Source of the DNA: Synergistales bacterium
GTDB lineage: Bacteria; Synergistota; Synergistia; Synergistales; JAFGMB01
DNA length: 64,000 nt
Assembly: GCA_963666205.1 (NCBI GenBank)
Contig: OY762654.1
Coordinates: forward strand, 2,624,001-2,688,000
Direction: 5' to 3'
A program made the translations under genes and the position numbers. Below the pieces are notes generated by a model that did no database searches, had not been told where the DNA came from, and saw only the letters and a list, made by a program, of their open reading frames with translations. Shown here in pieces: positions 9,112 to 19,063 of the stretch (within the stretch, counting starts at the first letter, position 1; each line of letters begins with the position of its first letter).

Positions 9112-10053
9112 ATGCTTGGAGCCGGAAGATTTTTCAGAACTGATCCGCTTGTTGTCGAAAAGGAAGATATATCTTCTCCCCTTTATCTGCAGGGAACAAA
9201 TGTGCTGGAAATACCTCTGGATGAGATCCGTCCAAACCCATCCCAGCCACGGAAAGTCTTTGATGAAAATATGCTGGAAGAACTTTCAGCGTCCATAAGG
9301 GAGATCGGCCTTATTCAGCCAGTTGTAGTACGCCCTCTGGAACAAGGTTACGAACTGATCGTTGGTGAGAGAAGACTCAGGGCTGCCCGTAAAGCGGGTC
9401 TGGTTAAGATTCCTGCCCTTGTTCAGGATGTTGAACCTTCACGGCAGCGTCTGATGGCTCTTATGGAGAATATCCATAGGAGCGATCTGACTTCAGTGGA
9501 AGAAGCCCTTTCGTTGAAGGAGATCCTTGACAGAACCGGTTGGAATCAGACCGAACTGGCAGGCAAACTTGGAAGATCCCAGTCCTCTATTGCCAATAAA
9601 TTACGCCTCCTGCGACTTGAAGATCCTGTACAGCAAATGATACTTTCAGGCAAACTTGGTGAAAGGCAGGCGCGAGCTCTGATCGGACTCCCTGCCCCGG
9701 AACAGGTTGTTCTGGCTGAAAGAACTATTGAAGAAGATATCAGTGCCAAAAAGCTTGAAGAGCTTGCCGGATCCCTCCTTAAGAAGCTGCGTTCTCAAGG
9801 AGATAAGCCCCCTGTTTGTTCCAGAAAGCCTGCAGGTCTTCCTTTCTTTGGTCCGGAAGGTCCTACTGGAGCTCTCTTGAAAGATCTTGCACTGGTTGTC
9901 GAAGGAAGCAGGAAAAAGGGTGTACCGGTTCTATGGAAAGTTAGACAGCTTGCGCAGAATGAACTGGTTGTAGAGATAAAGGTCAACCTCGATGATAAAC
10001 ATAAAGATCTCAGGAAGGCAGTGAATGGACTCAATGAAGAAGAAACAGACTGA
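9112..10053 (+). CDS. ParB-family CTPase/HTH protein with Noc-type recognition residues
   Basis: PNPSQPRK, GERRLRA, ENIHRSDL, HTH QTELAGKLGRSQSSIANKLRLL. Confidence 0.9.
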   Translation: MLGAGRFFRTDPLVVEKEDISSPLYLQGTNVLEIPLDEIRPNPSQPRKVFDENMLEELSASIREIGLIQPVVVRPLEQGYELIVGERRLRAARKAGLVKIPALVQDVEPSRQRLMALMENIHRSDLTSVEEALSLKEILDRTGWNQTELAGKLGRSQSSIANKLRLLRLEDPVQQMILSGKLGERQARALIGLPAPEQVVLAERTIEEDISAKKLEELAGSLLKKLRSQGDKPPVCSRKPAGLPFFGPEGPTGALLKDLALVVEGSRKKGVPVLWKVRQLAQNELVVEIKVNLDDKHKDLRKAVNGLNEEETD

Positions 10054-11860
10054 CAATATAAAATCCTTTTCCCCTTCCCTTGGGAGTTCAAATTCACCCG
10101 AAGATGGGTTGAACAGCACAAAGGGTCCTGTACCGGACGTGGTTTTTTTTATCCTCGTCCTTGTCTCTCTTGCTCTTCCCAATATTATTTTTTCGGGTAT
10201 GTTCTGGTTTCAGACCCTCCATTTAATGAAATGGTTCGTGGCGATGGTTCCCATAGGTATCCTTTCATTGTTCCTCGGATTCAGACTATTGCGTTCAGGA
10301 GCCTCAGATATTGGTTTCAGGATAGATATCTTTGGCTGGATCTGGCTTTTTTTATTGCTTTATATTACTCTCCAGCCACTTTGGGTTGATATTCGTTCTG
10401 TGCCGACCTTTGTTCGGGAATGGTTCTTTTTTGCAACTCTCTGGATTACTTACATCCTGTGCTATAACTTTTTCAGAGGTAAATATCTTCGACCCATACT
10501 ATGGCTGGCAAACATCAATGCGGCATTGAATGTTATTTTCGCTGAGTTACAGATAACGTCTTTAAATTCGCCCTTCCCTTTTATCCTTCCTACACCAGGA
10601 AATTATATAGGTAATACAGGTCAGCAGAATATGTTGGGTTTCTGGCTTGCGATATGTGCTTTGAACAGTATATTTCTTCATGTAGCATATAGATCAGAAA
10701 AGGATTCGAATACTTTAACTGGCAGATTGTTGAAATATTCCAATCTCTGTATATTAGCTCTCCTGGGTTGGGGTATCTGGAACAGCACCAGCAGGTCAGC
10801 CATACTTTCCCTCCTGTGCGGTATATTATTCTTTCTAATTCTTATTCTCAGGGACATGAAAAAAGAGCATCTTAGAAGGCTTGCATTAGTAGTTCTCATA
10901 TTTGTAATAGCTCTTTCTTCAGCGATGGTATTTAGTCAGCAAAGGGTCGGTAAGATGATATCAAAAACTTTTGATATTGTGAAAAATCCGGAAAAAATAG
11001 CCAATAGAGATTCCATCTGGTTGAGTTCCTGGTCCATGTTCACAAGTCAGCCCATCAAAGGTGTAGGATTGGGGCAGTACAAATGGCATTATCTTGATGG
11101 GCAGCGTGAAATGCTGAAAAAACATCCCCATATGGACTGGAAGTTCACCTATTGGGCCCATAATGAATACCTTCAGTGGTTCTGTGAAGCAGGACTTATC
11201 CCGGGGATCATATTAATGGCTATGGCTTTCTGGTGGCTCTGGTCCCTTTTCAGATGGGTGATATTGAAAAAACAGATATCCCTTGAGGCTGTCTGGGGTA
11301 TTTCCATGCTTGGGCTGATCTGGTTCAATGCCATCTGGACCAGACCCTTCCACCGTATAGAGGATGCCCTTTGGATGTCCTTTGCTTTTGCTCTTGCCAA
11401 CAGGGATATCCTGCCTCTGGAATCATCGTGGACAAAGGTGAGGAGAGGCTATCTTTATCGCGCTCTTGGAGCATTGATCCTTTTTTGTTCGATAGTTGGG
11501 TTCGGGTATCTTTTTCATGGAATGCAGGGAGATTTATTGTTAAGAAAGGCTGTTCAGACCAAGCACCCATTCACTCAACGCACCTACCTTGAAAGGGCTT
11601 ATGATCATCTTCTGGTAAGGGATATAGCCGAAAGACAGCTTGCTTACCATTACCTTTCTATTGGAGCCGCCAGCAAGAATACAGATTATACTGTCGAGGG
11701 AGTGGAAAGGCTATACAGGTATTTTTTAAGGGAACCCCATTCAAGGGAACTGAAAACCCTTATGGACTGGGGTGTCAGACTTCAGAATGTAGAATTGACA
11801 AGGGAGATAGCTTCCTATCTCAAACCTGGTTCATATAATCTGCAAATGAGGAAAAATTGA
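10025..11860 (+). CDS. O-antigen ligase family (Wzy_C) membrane protein, PglL/O-OTase-like
   Basis: Many TM segments; GNTGQQN, STSRSA, PIKGVGLGQY, AHNEYLQWFCEAG; soluble helical C-terminus; overlaps end of the ParB-family gene. Confidence 0.8.
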   Translation: MDSMKKKQTDNIKSFSPSLGSSNSPEDGLNSTKGPVPDVVFFILVLVSLALPNIIFSGMFWFQTLHLMKWFVAMVPIGILSLFLGFRLLRSGASDIGFRIDIFGWIWLFLLLYITLQPLWVDIRSVPTFVREWFFFATLWITYILCYNFFRGKYLRPILWLANINAALNVIFAELQITSLNSPFPFILPTPGNYIGNTGQQNMLGFWLAICALNSIFLHVAYRSEKDSNTLTGRLLKYSNLCILALLGWGIWNSTSRSAILSLLCGILFFLILILRDMKKEHLRRLALVVLIFVIALSSAMVFSQQRVGKMISKTFDIVKNPEKIANRDSIWLSSWSMFTSQPIKGVGLGQYKWHYLDGQREMLKKHPHMDWKFTYWAHNEYLQWFCEAGLIPGIILMAMAFWWLWSLFRWVILKKQISLEAVWGISMLGLIWFNAIWTRPFHRIEDALWMSFAFALANRDILPLESSWTKVRRGYLYRALGALILFCSIVGFGYLFHGMQGDLLLRKAVQTKHPFTQRTYLERAYDHLLVRDIAERQLAYHYLSIGAASKNTDYTVEGVERLYRYFLREPHSRELKTLMDWGVRLQNVELTREIASYLKPGSYNLQMRKN

Positions 11861-11896
11861 CCCCTTTTTCCTTGCTGAACCCTTGTGGAGGATTTT

Positions 11897-12484
11897 ATGG
11901 TTAAGTCCAGAAAAGCCTTTACCCTTATCGAAATACTTGTAGTAATAGCCATTACTGGAGTTATTCTTACAGCAGCCATGGCTCCAATTGTCCTTACAGT
12001 AAGGAACCTCAGGATTACGGAAAAGGATTTTGGAACCAGGGAGGCCATGTGGAAGTCTTTGTCTTTTATTGCAAGAGATCTTCGGCAGTCCATTCCCGGA
12101 CCATCAGGTCCGTCACTGAAACTGTTACATGGTGAAAGACTTGGAGACGGAGCAGATGATATAGTCTGTTTCTGGAGTTCTTTGCCCATTTCACACGGTA
12201 TGCCTCCTGGTTCTGTTATGTACAGGATCATTTCCGAAAGGAATCAACTTCCCGGACTTTACAGAGTTGTTTTTCCATCCCTTGAACCTGCTAAAATCGA
12301 TTGCAGAGAAATGCCTGAAAAGGATCTTCAGATACTCATCCCTTACGCTGAAAGCTTTCGTATCTCTGTATGGGATGGAGAAACATGGGTTGAAGAATAT
12401 GAAGGTCCTCGACCAGCCGGTGTTCGCTTTACCCTTGAAAGACGGGGAGAGGTGGTAGAATATGTTGACTGGATCCCAAGATAG
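11897..12484 (+). CDS. gspJ: T2SS minor pseudopilin, GspJ-like
   Basis: Prepilin motif KA|FTLIEILVV, IARDLRQ, C-terminal RPAGVRFTL; position before gspK. Confidence 0.75.
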   Translation: MVKSRKAFTLIEILVVIAITGVILTAAMAPIVLTVRNLRITEKDFGTREAMWKSLSFIARDLRQSIPGPSGPSLKLLHGERLGDGADDIVCFWSSLPISHGMPPGSVMYRIISERNQLPGLYRVVFPSLEPAKIDCREMPEKDLQILIPYAESFRISVWDGETWVEEYEGPRPAGVRFTLERRGEVVEYVDWIPR

Positions 12485-13382
12485 GAAACATGGATTTATA
12501 CTTGTTTCCATCCTTCTTGTCCTGACAGTCCTTCTTTCCTGTACTGTAGGTTACGCATGGTTCGCAAGGGCCCAGTTCAAGCGGATATCTGCAGAAAGAT
12601 TTGAACTTCGCTCAAGGAGTATTGCCTATGCTGCGGTATTGCAAATAGCCAAAGGACTGCAGTATGATAAGAACGATTATGATTCCTATACTGAAGAATG
12701 GTTCGGGCAGAACGCTATTCCCATAGATGATCTGGGAATTCTGCTTGTTAATATTGAACCTCTGGATGACCTTTTTCCTGTGAATGAACTATTTCTACCA
12801 GATGGAGTTACCCTTCGTAATGAAATCAGGGCACCCTGGGAGAAAATATGGAAAGATCGCAATCAGGAAGGCTGGGGAACTGTCATCCTTGATTTTCTTG
12901 ATGAGGATGTCAAGCCCAGATTGGGAAGCTATGAAAGGCGTTTTTTCATCAACAGGGACATAGCCGATCTTTCAGACTTTCTTGTACTGGAGGGTTTTCC
13001 GCAGGAACTCATTTCAGGAAATGCTGGCATGACAGGACTCAAAGAACTTCTTACTCCATGGAGCTCTGGTAAGATCAACATTAATGTTGCCCCCCTTGAA
13101 GTTCTTGTCCTGCTTGATGGTATAGATGAATCTATCGCTGGAGATATAATTGAAACAAGAGCTGTTAACCCTTTCACGGATCTGAAGGATCTGACAGAAA
13201 TGCAGTCTTTCTCTGAAGCTCTTGTGCCTCGTATAATGAATATGGTTACATTTAAAAGCACCTACTTTCGAGTAGTTATGAAGGTCTTAAGACCCGATAA
13301 CGAATCAGCGATGATCTATCGCGTTATTCTTAAAAAAGACGGTTCCAGAAGCACGTCCATAGTAAAATGGGAGGAAATCTAA
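12462..13382 (+). CDS. gspK: T2SS minor pseudopilin GspK
   Basis: G|FILVSILLVL, YDSYTEEW, GKININVAPLEVL, NPFTDLKDL, KSTYFRV. Confidence 0.88.
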   Translation: MLTGSQDRKHGFILVSILLVLTVLLSCTVGYAWFARAQFKRISAERFELRSRSIAYAAVLQIAKGLQYDKNDYDSYTEEWFGQNAIPIDDLGILLVNIEPLDDLFPVNELFLPDGVTLRNEIRAPWEKIWKDRNQEGWGTVILDFLDEDVKPRLGSYERRFFINRDIADLSDFLVLEGFPQELISGNAGMTGLKELLTPWSSGKININVAPLEVLVLLDGIDESIAGDIIETRAVNPFTDLKDLTEMQSFSEALVPRIMNMVTFKSTYFRVVMKVLRPDNESAMIYRVILKKDGSRSTSIVKWEEI

Positions 13383-13385
13383 AGA

Positions 13386-14561
13386 ATGACCAGATCCCCT
13401 AGCAAGGTCCTTATATGCTCTTCTGCCGGAGAGATAACATTCTTGCCCCGTAATCTTCTAGAACGGATTCCCCTCAAAAGGGGAGAATCTCTTTGTCTGA
13501 TGCCTTTTAAAAGCCTTTCCATACAGCCCTTTTCATATCCCTTTACGAATCTTTCCCAGATAAGAGAAGCACTGGCAATAAAGGTTAGACCCTATAGAAT
13601 AGAGGGTAAGGGAGTTGAGATTTTTCCCGCTGTTTTTGATAAGGATGGCAGATCTTCCCGGGGGGTTGCATGGTTTATTTCTTCCGATGAACTGGAAAAA
13701 ACTGAGGCGAACCTGACGGATATTTCCGGAAATATCATGAATTGGCCATTGCCAATGGCTTTTGCTTCAAAGGTGAATGGTACTGGATCAGTTATCTGGA
13801 CCGATGGCGAAAGTATCTGTTCAATGCTCTTCAAGGGTTATTATCCTGTGCTTTACAGATGGAATGTTTATTCTGAAAATTGCACAGAAAGAGAAAAACA
13901 ATGGCTTTATTCCTATTCCCGTTCAAGTGGCGATGAGATTGAAGAGGCAGTGGTCATTGACTCCAGGAAAACAGAGGAGTATGAAAGCCTGGTTTCAACT
14001 TCCCTTCTGGAGACACTGAAGGCTTTTCCCAGATATTCCCAGATAAATGTTTCTAAAAAGGTAATGGATTCATTTCTTATGACCGAACGAATGACAGGTC
14101 TTTTGAGCAGGATCCTTTCTGTAATACTTGTTTCCGGCATCCTTTTTGCTTCGGGTTCTTTTATCAGGTATTCATCTTCTGAAAGGCATCTGGAAACCCT
14201 GCAGACGAGGAGTATTGAAGTATTCAGGGATGTTTTCCATGCCAGGGACAGGATTATTGATCCGCTAAGCCAGGCTAAGTCCATAATTGCTGAAATAGCA
14301 GGGACTGAAAAAGGACTTTCTCTTGAAGAACTTATGGCCCGCATTGGAATGGCATGGTCAGAGGTTGAGCAAAGTGGGATAGTGTTAAACTCTATAAGGT
14401 ACAGTGGAGATTATATGGACATGTCTGGTACTGCATCAGAGATGGTTTCGGTTCAGGTACTTCAGAAATCCCTCGATACTAAGGAAATCAAAAGCAGTAT
14501 CGGGGATATTCAACAGATACCAGGCGGTGGTATCAGGTTTAATATGACCATCAGGTGGTGA
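13386..14561 (+). CDS. gspL: T2SS GspL-like protein
   Basis: Cytoplasmic N-domain, single TM near residue 245, periplasmic FRDVF..RIIDPLSQA; position between K and M. Confidence 0.7.
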   Translation: MTRSPSKVLICSSAGEITFLPRNLLERIPLKRGESLCLMPFKSLSIQPFSYPFTNLSQIREALAIKVRPYRIEGKGVEIFPAVFDKDGRSSRGVAWFISSDELEKTEANLTDISGNIMNWPLPMAFASKVNGTGSVIWTDGESICSMLFKGYYPVLYRWNVYSENCTEREKQWLYSYSRSSGDEIEEAVVIDSRKTEEYESLVSTSLLETLKAFPRYSQINVSKKVMDSFLMTERMTGLLSRILSVILVSGILFASGSFIRYSSSERHLETLQTRSIEVFRDVFHARDRIIDPLSQAKSIIAEIAGTEKGLSLEELMARIGMAWSEVEQSGIVLNSIRYSGDYMDMSGTASEMVSVQVLQKSLDTKEIKSSIGDIQQIPGGGIRFNMTIRW

Positions 14562-15073
14562 TTGACATGGCTCGTTTCCCTTCTGACATCAATGAAAAAC
14601 TGGGTTCTATGCTATCCTTTCCAGGATTCAGGAAAGTGGTGCTGCTTTTCCTCGGATGTTTCCTTGTGTGGGGAAGTTCTATCTATTTTCTTCAGGAAAA
14701 GGCGACATTATTGTCAAGGATAACTATCCAGGAAAGACGATTCAATGAACTTCTACAACTTGCTGCTACATACAAGAGGCTTTCTCTACCCCTTGCTGGG
14801 GAGGATATGAGTGCTTTTGAGGGGAAAGATCCGGTAGAGATAATATCTTCTACTCTGGACCAGGTCGGACTTAAATCCAACCTTGTCCAGTTATCAGTAT
14901 TATCCAGCGGTGTCAATGTACAGTTGGAAGATCTTTATGGAGAGGATATGGGAACATTTATCCAGCAGATCCGACTGAATGGTCTGGAAATAATGTCCGC
15001 TGAAATAAAGACTCTTCCACAGGGTGAGGGTCTTCTATTCAGCCTTTCAATGATAGTAGGTAAACGATTATGA
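14555..15073 (+). CDS. gspM: T2SS GspM-like protein
   Basis: Single TM, coiled coil, ferredoxin-like tail (VNVQLEDL); synteny. Confidence 0.6.
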   Translation: MVIDMARFPSDINEKLGSMLSFPGFRKVVLLFLGCFLVWGSSIYFLQEKATLLSRITIQERRFNELLQLAATYKRLSLPLAGEDMSAFEGKDPVEIISSTLDQVGLKSNLVQLSVLSSGVNVQLEDLYGEDMGTFIQQIRLNGLEIMSAEIKTLPQGEGLLFSLSMIVGKRL

Positions 15074-15672
15074 GGTCGTCTTTTCGTTTTATTTTCCTCA
15101 TATTTATGTTTCTTCTGTTATTTTTTTCTTTTTCATGGCTCCTTTTTCCCTGGGAAGGGGCGGGAAGTTTTGTCCTTGGAAGGATACAGAATGAATTGCA
15201 GACAAGAGGGGTCTATGTGAACTATGAGGATCTCAACAGAGAGAATCTGGTTGATCCTGTTCTCGTAATGAAAGATACTTCTTTAGTGTATCTTATGGGA
15301 AATCTCCAGGTCGGTGTAGTGAAAGTAAGTCCTGATATAGTATCCTCCATTTTGAGTCTTAAACCTTCCCTTCGTGTTAGCCTTCAGGAAGGAATTGTCT
15401 TTATTGGAGGAGAAGAATCAGGTACCTTCGGAAATGGGGAATTTATCCTTCGAGTTCTTCCGGGTAAAATATTTGTGGATGAAGTAAGTTTTAAAGGAGA
15501 TATTTCAGCTTCCGGAGATATGGTTTTTGATACATCTGCAGGCGGGATAAATTCAGCATCCCTGGTTTTCAGGGTTCCAGAAAAACTGGAAGTATTTCTC
15601 AAGGCTCTATCAAGAAGCAGGACACTCAACAAAAACAACTCAGGGGAATGGCAGTTTATAATTAAAAAATAG
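15070..15672 (+). CDS. gspN: T2SS GspN-like protein
   Basis: N-terminal TM ending LFPW, beta-rich body; synteny after M. Confidence 0.55.
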   Translation: MRSSFRFIFLIFMFLLLFFSFSWLLFPWEGAGSFVLGRIQNELQTRGVYVNYEDLNRENLVDPVLVMKDTSLVYLMGNLQVGVVKVSPDIVSSILSLKPSLRVSLQEGIVFIGGEESGTFGNGEFILRVLPGKIFVDEVSFKGDISASGDMVFDTSAGGINSASLVFRVPEKLEVFLKALSRSRTLNKNNSGEWQFIIKK

Positions 15673-15685
15673 GGAGAGAGTTCGA

Positions 15686-16630
15686 ATGATAAAGAGCAGG
15701 ATATTCCTTGGGCACTTTTCATATAATAGCGTATCAGTTCTATCTATTATAGAAAAAATGCTGCCCTTTATGGCCTCGATAATGATAGCTTTTGCTCTTG
15801 CATGGGTCTCTTCTTCTTCTCTTGACTGGTACTTTACACTCAGAAATTATGAATCTGACCGGATCTCTATGCTTGAAGCGAAGGGTTTGGAAGCAGGACT
15901 TGTCATCCCTGGAGGAACAAGTCCTGCTATCAGTGATTTTGTAAGCGCAAACCCCTTTAATGTTATGGAATATGAAAAAAACCATTCAGGACCTGCTTCT
16001 ACAGAAAAAAAAGAAGAGATATTTTCCCTTGATGGCATGACTCTTTCAGGCACAATTCCGGGAATAGGGGCTCAGCTCCGTGATGGAGAAGCGACACCCT
16101 TTATCTTAAGTGGCCAGGAATACAGAGGATACACTCTTCAGGACGTTGAGAGTAACAGGGCCTTTTTTTTCAAGAATGATGATGAATTTATCCTTCATCT
16201 CTTCTATGGCCAGAACGGAGACAGCAAGAAAGGTTCGGGGAAAAATCCATCTCAGGTTAAACAGACTTTGCCGGTAAGAGAAAATCCAGGTATAGCTCCT
16301 GCCGAAGTTGGTCAAAACGGTACTATTGCCAGGGAGCTTGTCAACGATCTACTAATGAACCCTTTCAATGAAATGAAAAAAGTTCGGTTGAGGGCGAAGT
16401 TTCAGGACGGTGAGGCCCTTGGAATTGAAGTTCAGTGGCTTGCCAGGGATAGTCTGCTTGGAGAACTTGGAGTAGAAAAGGGAGATATAGTCCAGTCTAT
16501 AAACAGTGTACCCATTAACAATATGGGGGATATTTCCAATGCAATCAATTCCCTTATGGGTGGAGACCGCTTTGAAGTAGAGGTCCTTCGAAAAGGGGAA
16601 AAGGTTCCCCTGACCTATACGGTAAAGTAG
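15686..16630 (+). CDS. gspC: T2SS GspC with C-terminal PDZ domain
   Basis: TM, HR-like LSGTI..GYTLQDVESNRA, PDZ LGVEKGDIVQSIN..VEVLRKGE. Confidence 0.82.
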   Translation: MIKSRIFLGHFSYNSVSVLSIIEKMLPFMASIMIAFALAWVSSSSLDWYFTLRNYESDRISMLEAKGLEAGLVIPGGTSPAISDFVSANPFNVMEYEKNHSGPASTEKKEEIFSLDGMTLSGTIPGIGAQLRDGEATPFILSGQEYRGYTLQDVESNRAFFFKNDDEFILHLFYGQNGDSKKGSGKNPSQVKQTLPVRENPGIAPAEVGQNGTIARELVNDLLMNPFNEMKKVRLRAKFQDGEALGIEVQWLARDSLLGELGVEKGDIVQSINSVPINNMGDISNAINSLMGGDRFEVEVLRKGEKVPLTYTVK

Positions 16631-16636
16631 AAGATT

Positions 16637-16984
16637 ATGATATCCAGGAAGGGTCTCTATTCCAGAAGCGGTGCTTTTACTCTTATTGAAGTTCTTGTTG
16701 CAGTCATCATTTTAGGATTGGTCGCCACTGCATCTTTTCGGTTGATGATAATGTCAGGTCGTACTATCAGAGAGGTGCAGGTTCAGAGAGAACTCCTGAA
16801 TAGGGCAAGGGAGATCCAGTTTTCCATGCTTTTCCAGGAAAAGGCAGATAGCGGTATAGAGAAGGATATGGCCTGGGAGACAAGAAAAATCTCTCAGCCG
16901 GTTTTCGGAGGCAAGTGGGAAGTTGCTTATCGCAGGGTTGATCTTACCTATAAAGGCAGAACTATAGTGATTTATTTGCCGTGA
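16637..16984 (+). CDS. gspI: T2SS minor pseudopilin, GspI-like
   Basis: GA|FTLIEVLVAVIILG, 115 aa. Confidence 0.75.
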   Translation: MISRKGLYSRSGAFTLIEVLVAVIILGLVATASFRLMIMSGRTIREVQVQRELLNRAREIQFSMLFQEKADSGIEKDMAWETRKISQPVFGGKWEVAYRRVDLTYKGRTIVIYLP

Positions 16985-17004
16985 AAAAAGGAAGGGGTGA
17001 AGCT

Positions 17005-18963
17005 ATGAAAAGATATCTTGTAATTCTTCTAGCTTTGTTGATGTTTTTATCTTTTGGAATTGATTCTACCCGGGCACAGGATACCTCTGATGAACAGAAT
17101 CTGCTTCAGGCAGCGGGAATGATGAGGGAATCAGGAAGGGTACAGTTCAACTTCTCAGATATCGACATCGTAAAATTTATTCGATTCATGTCAGAACTGC
17201 TCCAGGAAAATATTATCGTGCCTCCATCCGTAAAGGGAAACATTTCAGTCATTTCTCCCCAACCGGTTCCACTGGACCAGGCAAGGCAGGTTATGCTTTC
17301 TGTTCTTGAGATGAACGGATTATCCGTTCAGGAAATGGGACAGTACAGTAAAGTGGTACCCCTGAAGGCAGGTTCAGGAATCGAAAACGTTATTAGAAAA
17401 GGTAAAATGGGACCTGGAGTAGGAGAACAGGTTGTAGCCCAGGTGGTACCTCTGGATTATGTGTCTGCAGCATTTGTAGCGGATGCGGTTAAACAGATAT
17501 CTGGAAAGGATGTTGGCATCCTTCCCATAGGCATGGGTAACGAGATCCTTCTCACCGGTAAAGCATCTGATGTAAACCGGGCTGTCAGCCTTGTACAGAC
17601 CCTTGATGTTCCAGACAGTATCCGTACAAGCAGATCCGTAACATTAAAGTATTCTTCCCCAAGGGTTGTTGAATCCCATCTGAATTCCCTTGCCAAGGAT
17701 AAGTCAGGCCCAGTCAATGGCCTGGTGGCAATAGCAGATGAAGCAAGCAGCAAGATCATCCTGGTAGGTGAAAGGAATACCCTGTCTGCCGCATGCAGGA
17801 TCATACGTGACATAGATATTCCCGCACGTTCTGGAGACTTTCATGTTTATAAACTTCAGAATGCCGATGCTGAAAAGGTTGCCGAGCAGCTGAGCCAGAT
17901 ACTGGATGTTTCCGCCCGCCTGCAGACCAATAAAAAGGAAGGACAGGCGTCCACTCCTACAACGGTGGTAGCGGATATCCCAACCAACAGCCTCATCTTT
18001 GCAGTGCCTCAACACCAGTACCAGTCTATAGTGGATATAATCGAACAGATAGATATCCAGCCCAAACAGGTTATGCTCAGGGGCCTTATCGCGGAGGTCA
18101 ATCTGACAAAACTCAATGATGCCGGCATCGACTGGGCCACATGGGGGGGTGCTGTTACTGGAGATGCTTATATTGCAGCCCAGGCCCAGCTTGGTAATGC
18201 ATCGGTCCCGGCAGAGATAATTAATTACTTCCAGAATCTGACTACAACGGAAAGAGAAATATACAATGATGCGGGTAATGTAGTTGGTACTATAACAGAG
18301 TATGATACCAAGGCTCTCGTCTACTCTTACATTAAACTTACAAAACAGTTTGATGCCATAAACGTCCTTTCAATGCCGAGACTTCTCTGCACGGACAACA
18401 TGCCAAGCGAACTCCAGGTTGGACAGGTTATACCACAGTTAAGTGCAAAAACTTCAGATATAACCAACCCGAATTCAGTTCAGAACAGCTATGATTACAA
18501 GGATACCGGGTTGATATTGAACGTTACTCCCCATATTCGCAGTGGAAATCTTGTATCCCTGGAAATAGAGCAGAGTACGGAAGAGGTTCTCAGTGCGATG
18601 ACATCAGATACTCCTGTAACAGCAAAGAGGAAGATCAAGACTACCGTGCAGGTTGAAAATGGAAAGACGGTTATCCTGGGCGGTCTGATCAGGGAAGCAG
18701 AAAAAGCCATGAAACAGAGAGTTCCCGGACTTTCCTACATACCATTGGTGGGCAATCTTTTCAAAAGTTCGACAAAACAGAGGGAAAAGATCGAACTCAT
18801 GGTGTTCCTGACGCCATATATTCTGGAGACTCCCAAAGAGGCTTCCAGTTTTACCAGCCAGATAGTAATTTCAGGGGATCATGGAATGAATGAGGCGGAA
18901 AGGGCCCTTCAGGAACGCCTTGAAAGGGAATACCAGGAGATCCTTAAAAAGGAAAGCCAGTGA
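17005..18963 (+). CDS. gspD: T2SS secretin GspD
   Basis: Signal peptide, N0 FNFSDIDI, LQNADAEKVA, QVMLRGLIAEV, DTGLILNVTPHI, VILGGLI, VPGLSYIPLVGNLF, ELMVFLTP. Confidence 0.96.
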   Translation: MKRYLVILLALLMFLSFGIDSTRAQDTSDEQNLLQAAGMMRESGRVQFNFSDIDIVKFIRFMSELLQENIIVPPSVKGNISVISPQPVPLDQARQVMLSVLEMNGLSVQEMGQYSKVVPLKAGSGIENVIRKGKMGPGVGEQVVAQVVPLDYVSAAFVADAVKQISGKDVGILPIGMGNEILLTGKASDVNRAVSLVQTLDVPDSIRTSRSVTLKYSSPRVVESHLNSLAKDKSGPVNGLVAIADEASSKIILVGERNTLSAACRIIRDIDIPARSGDFHVYKLQNADAEKVAEQLSQILDVSARLQTNKKEGQASTPTTVVADIPTNSLIFAVPQHQYQSIVDIIEQIDIQPKQVMLRGLIAEVNLTKLNDAGIDWATWGGAVTGDAYIAAQAQLGNASVPAEIINYFQNLTTTEREIYNDAGNVVGTITEYDTKALVYSYIKLTKQFDAINVLSMPRLLCTDNMPSELQVGQVIPQLSAKTSDITNPNSVQNSYDYKDTGLILNVTPHIRSGNLVSLEIEQSTEEVLSAMTSDTPVTAKRKIKTTVQVENGKTVILGGLIREAEKAMKQRVPGLSYIPLVGNLFKSSTKQREKIELMVFLTPYILETPKEASSFTSQIVISGDHGMNEAERALQERLEREYQEILKKESQ

Positions 18964-18988
18964 TCTGATACTGATTTACAGAGATACT

Positions 18989-19014
18989 AAAGGGAGCCCT
19001 GTGGGTTCCCTTTT
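18989..19014 (+). terminator. Intrinsic terminator after gspD
   Basis: AAAGGGAGCCC-TGT-GGGTTCCCTTTT. Confidence 0.7.
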
Positions 19015-19024
19015 GCATTTGTAA

Positions 19025-19033
19025 TGATATAGT
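19025..19033 (+). promoter_or_regulatory. Possible extended -10 promoter for parA-gspEFGH
   Basis: TGaTATAGT in an AT-rich spacer 30 nt before the parA start. Confidence 0.4.
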
Positions 19034-19063
19034 ATTGTTAATAAATGATTATAAACAGGGGAG

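Noticed and set aside
18143-18149. G7 tract in gspD (similar run in argS near 4180) as a phase-variation site
   Set aside because: Short, in frame and encodes Gly codons
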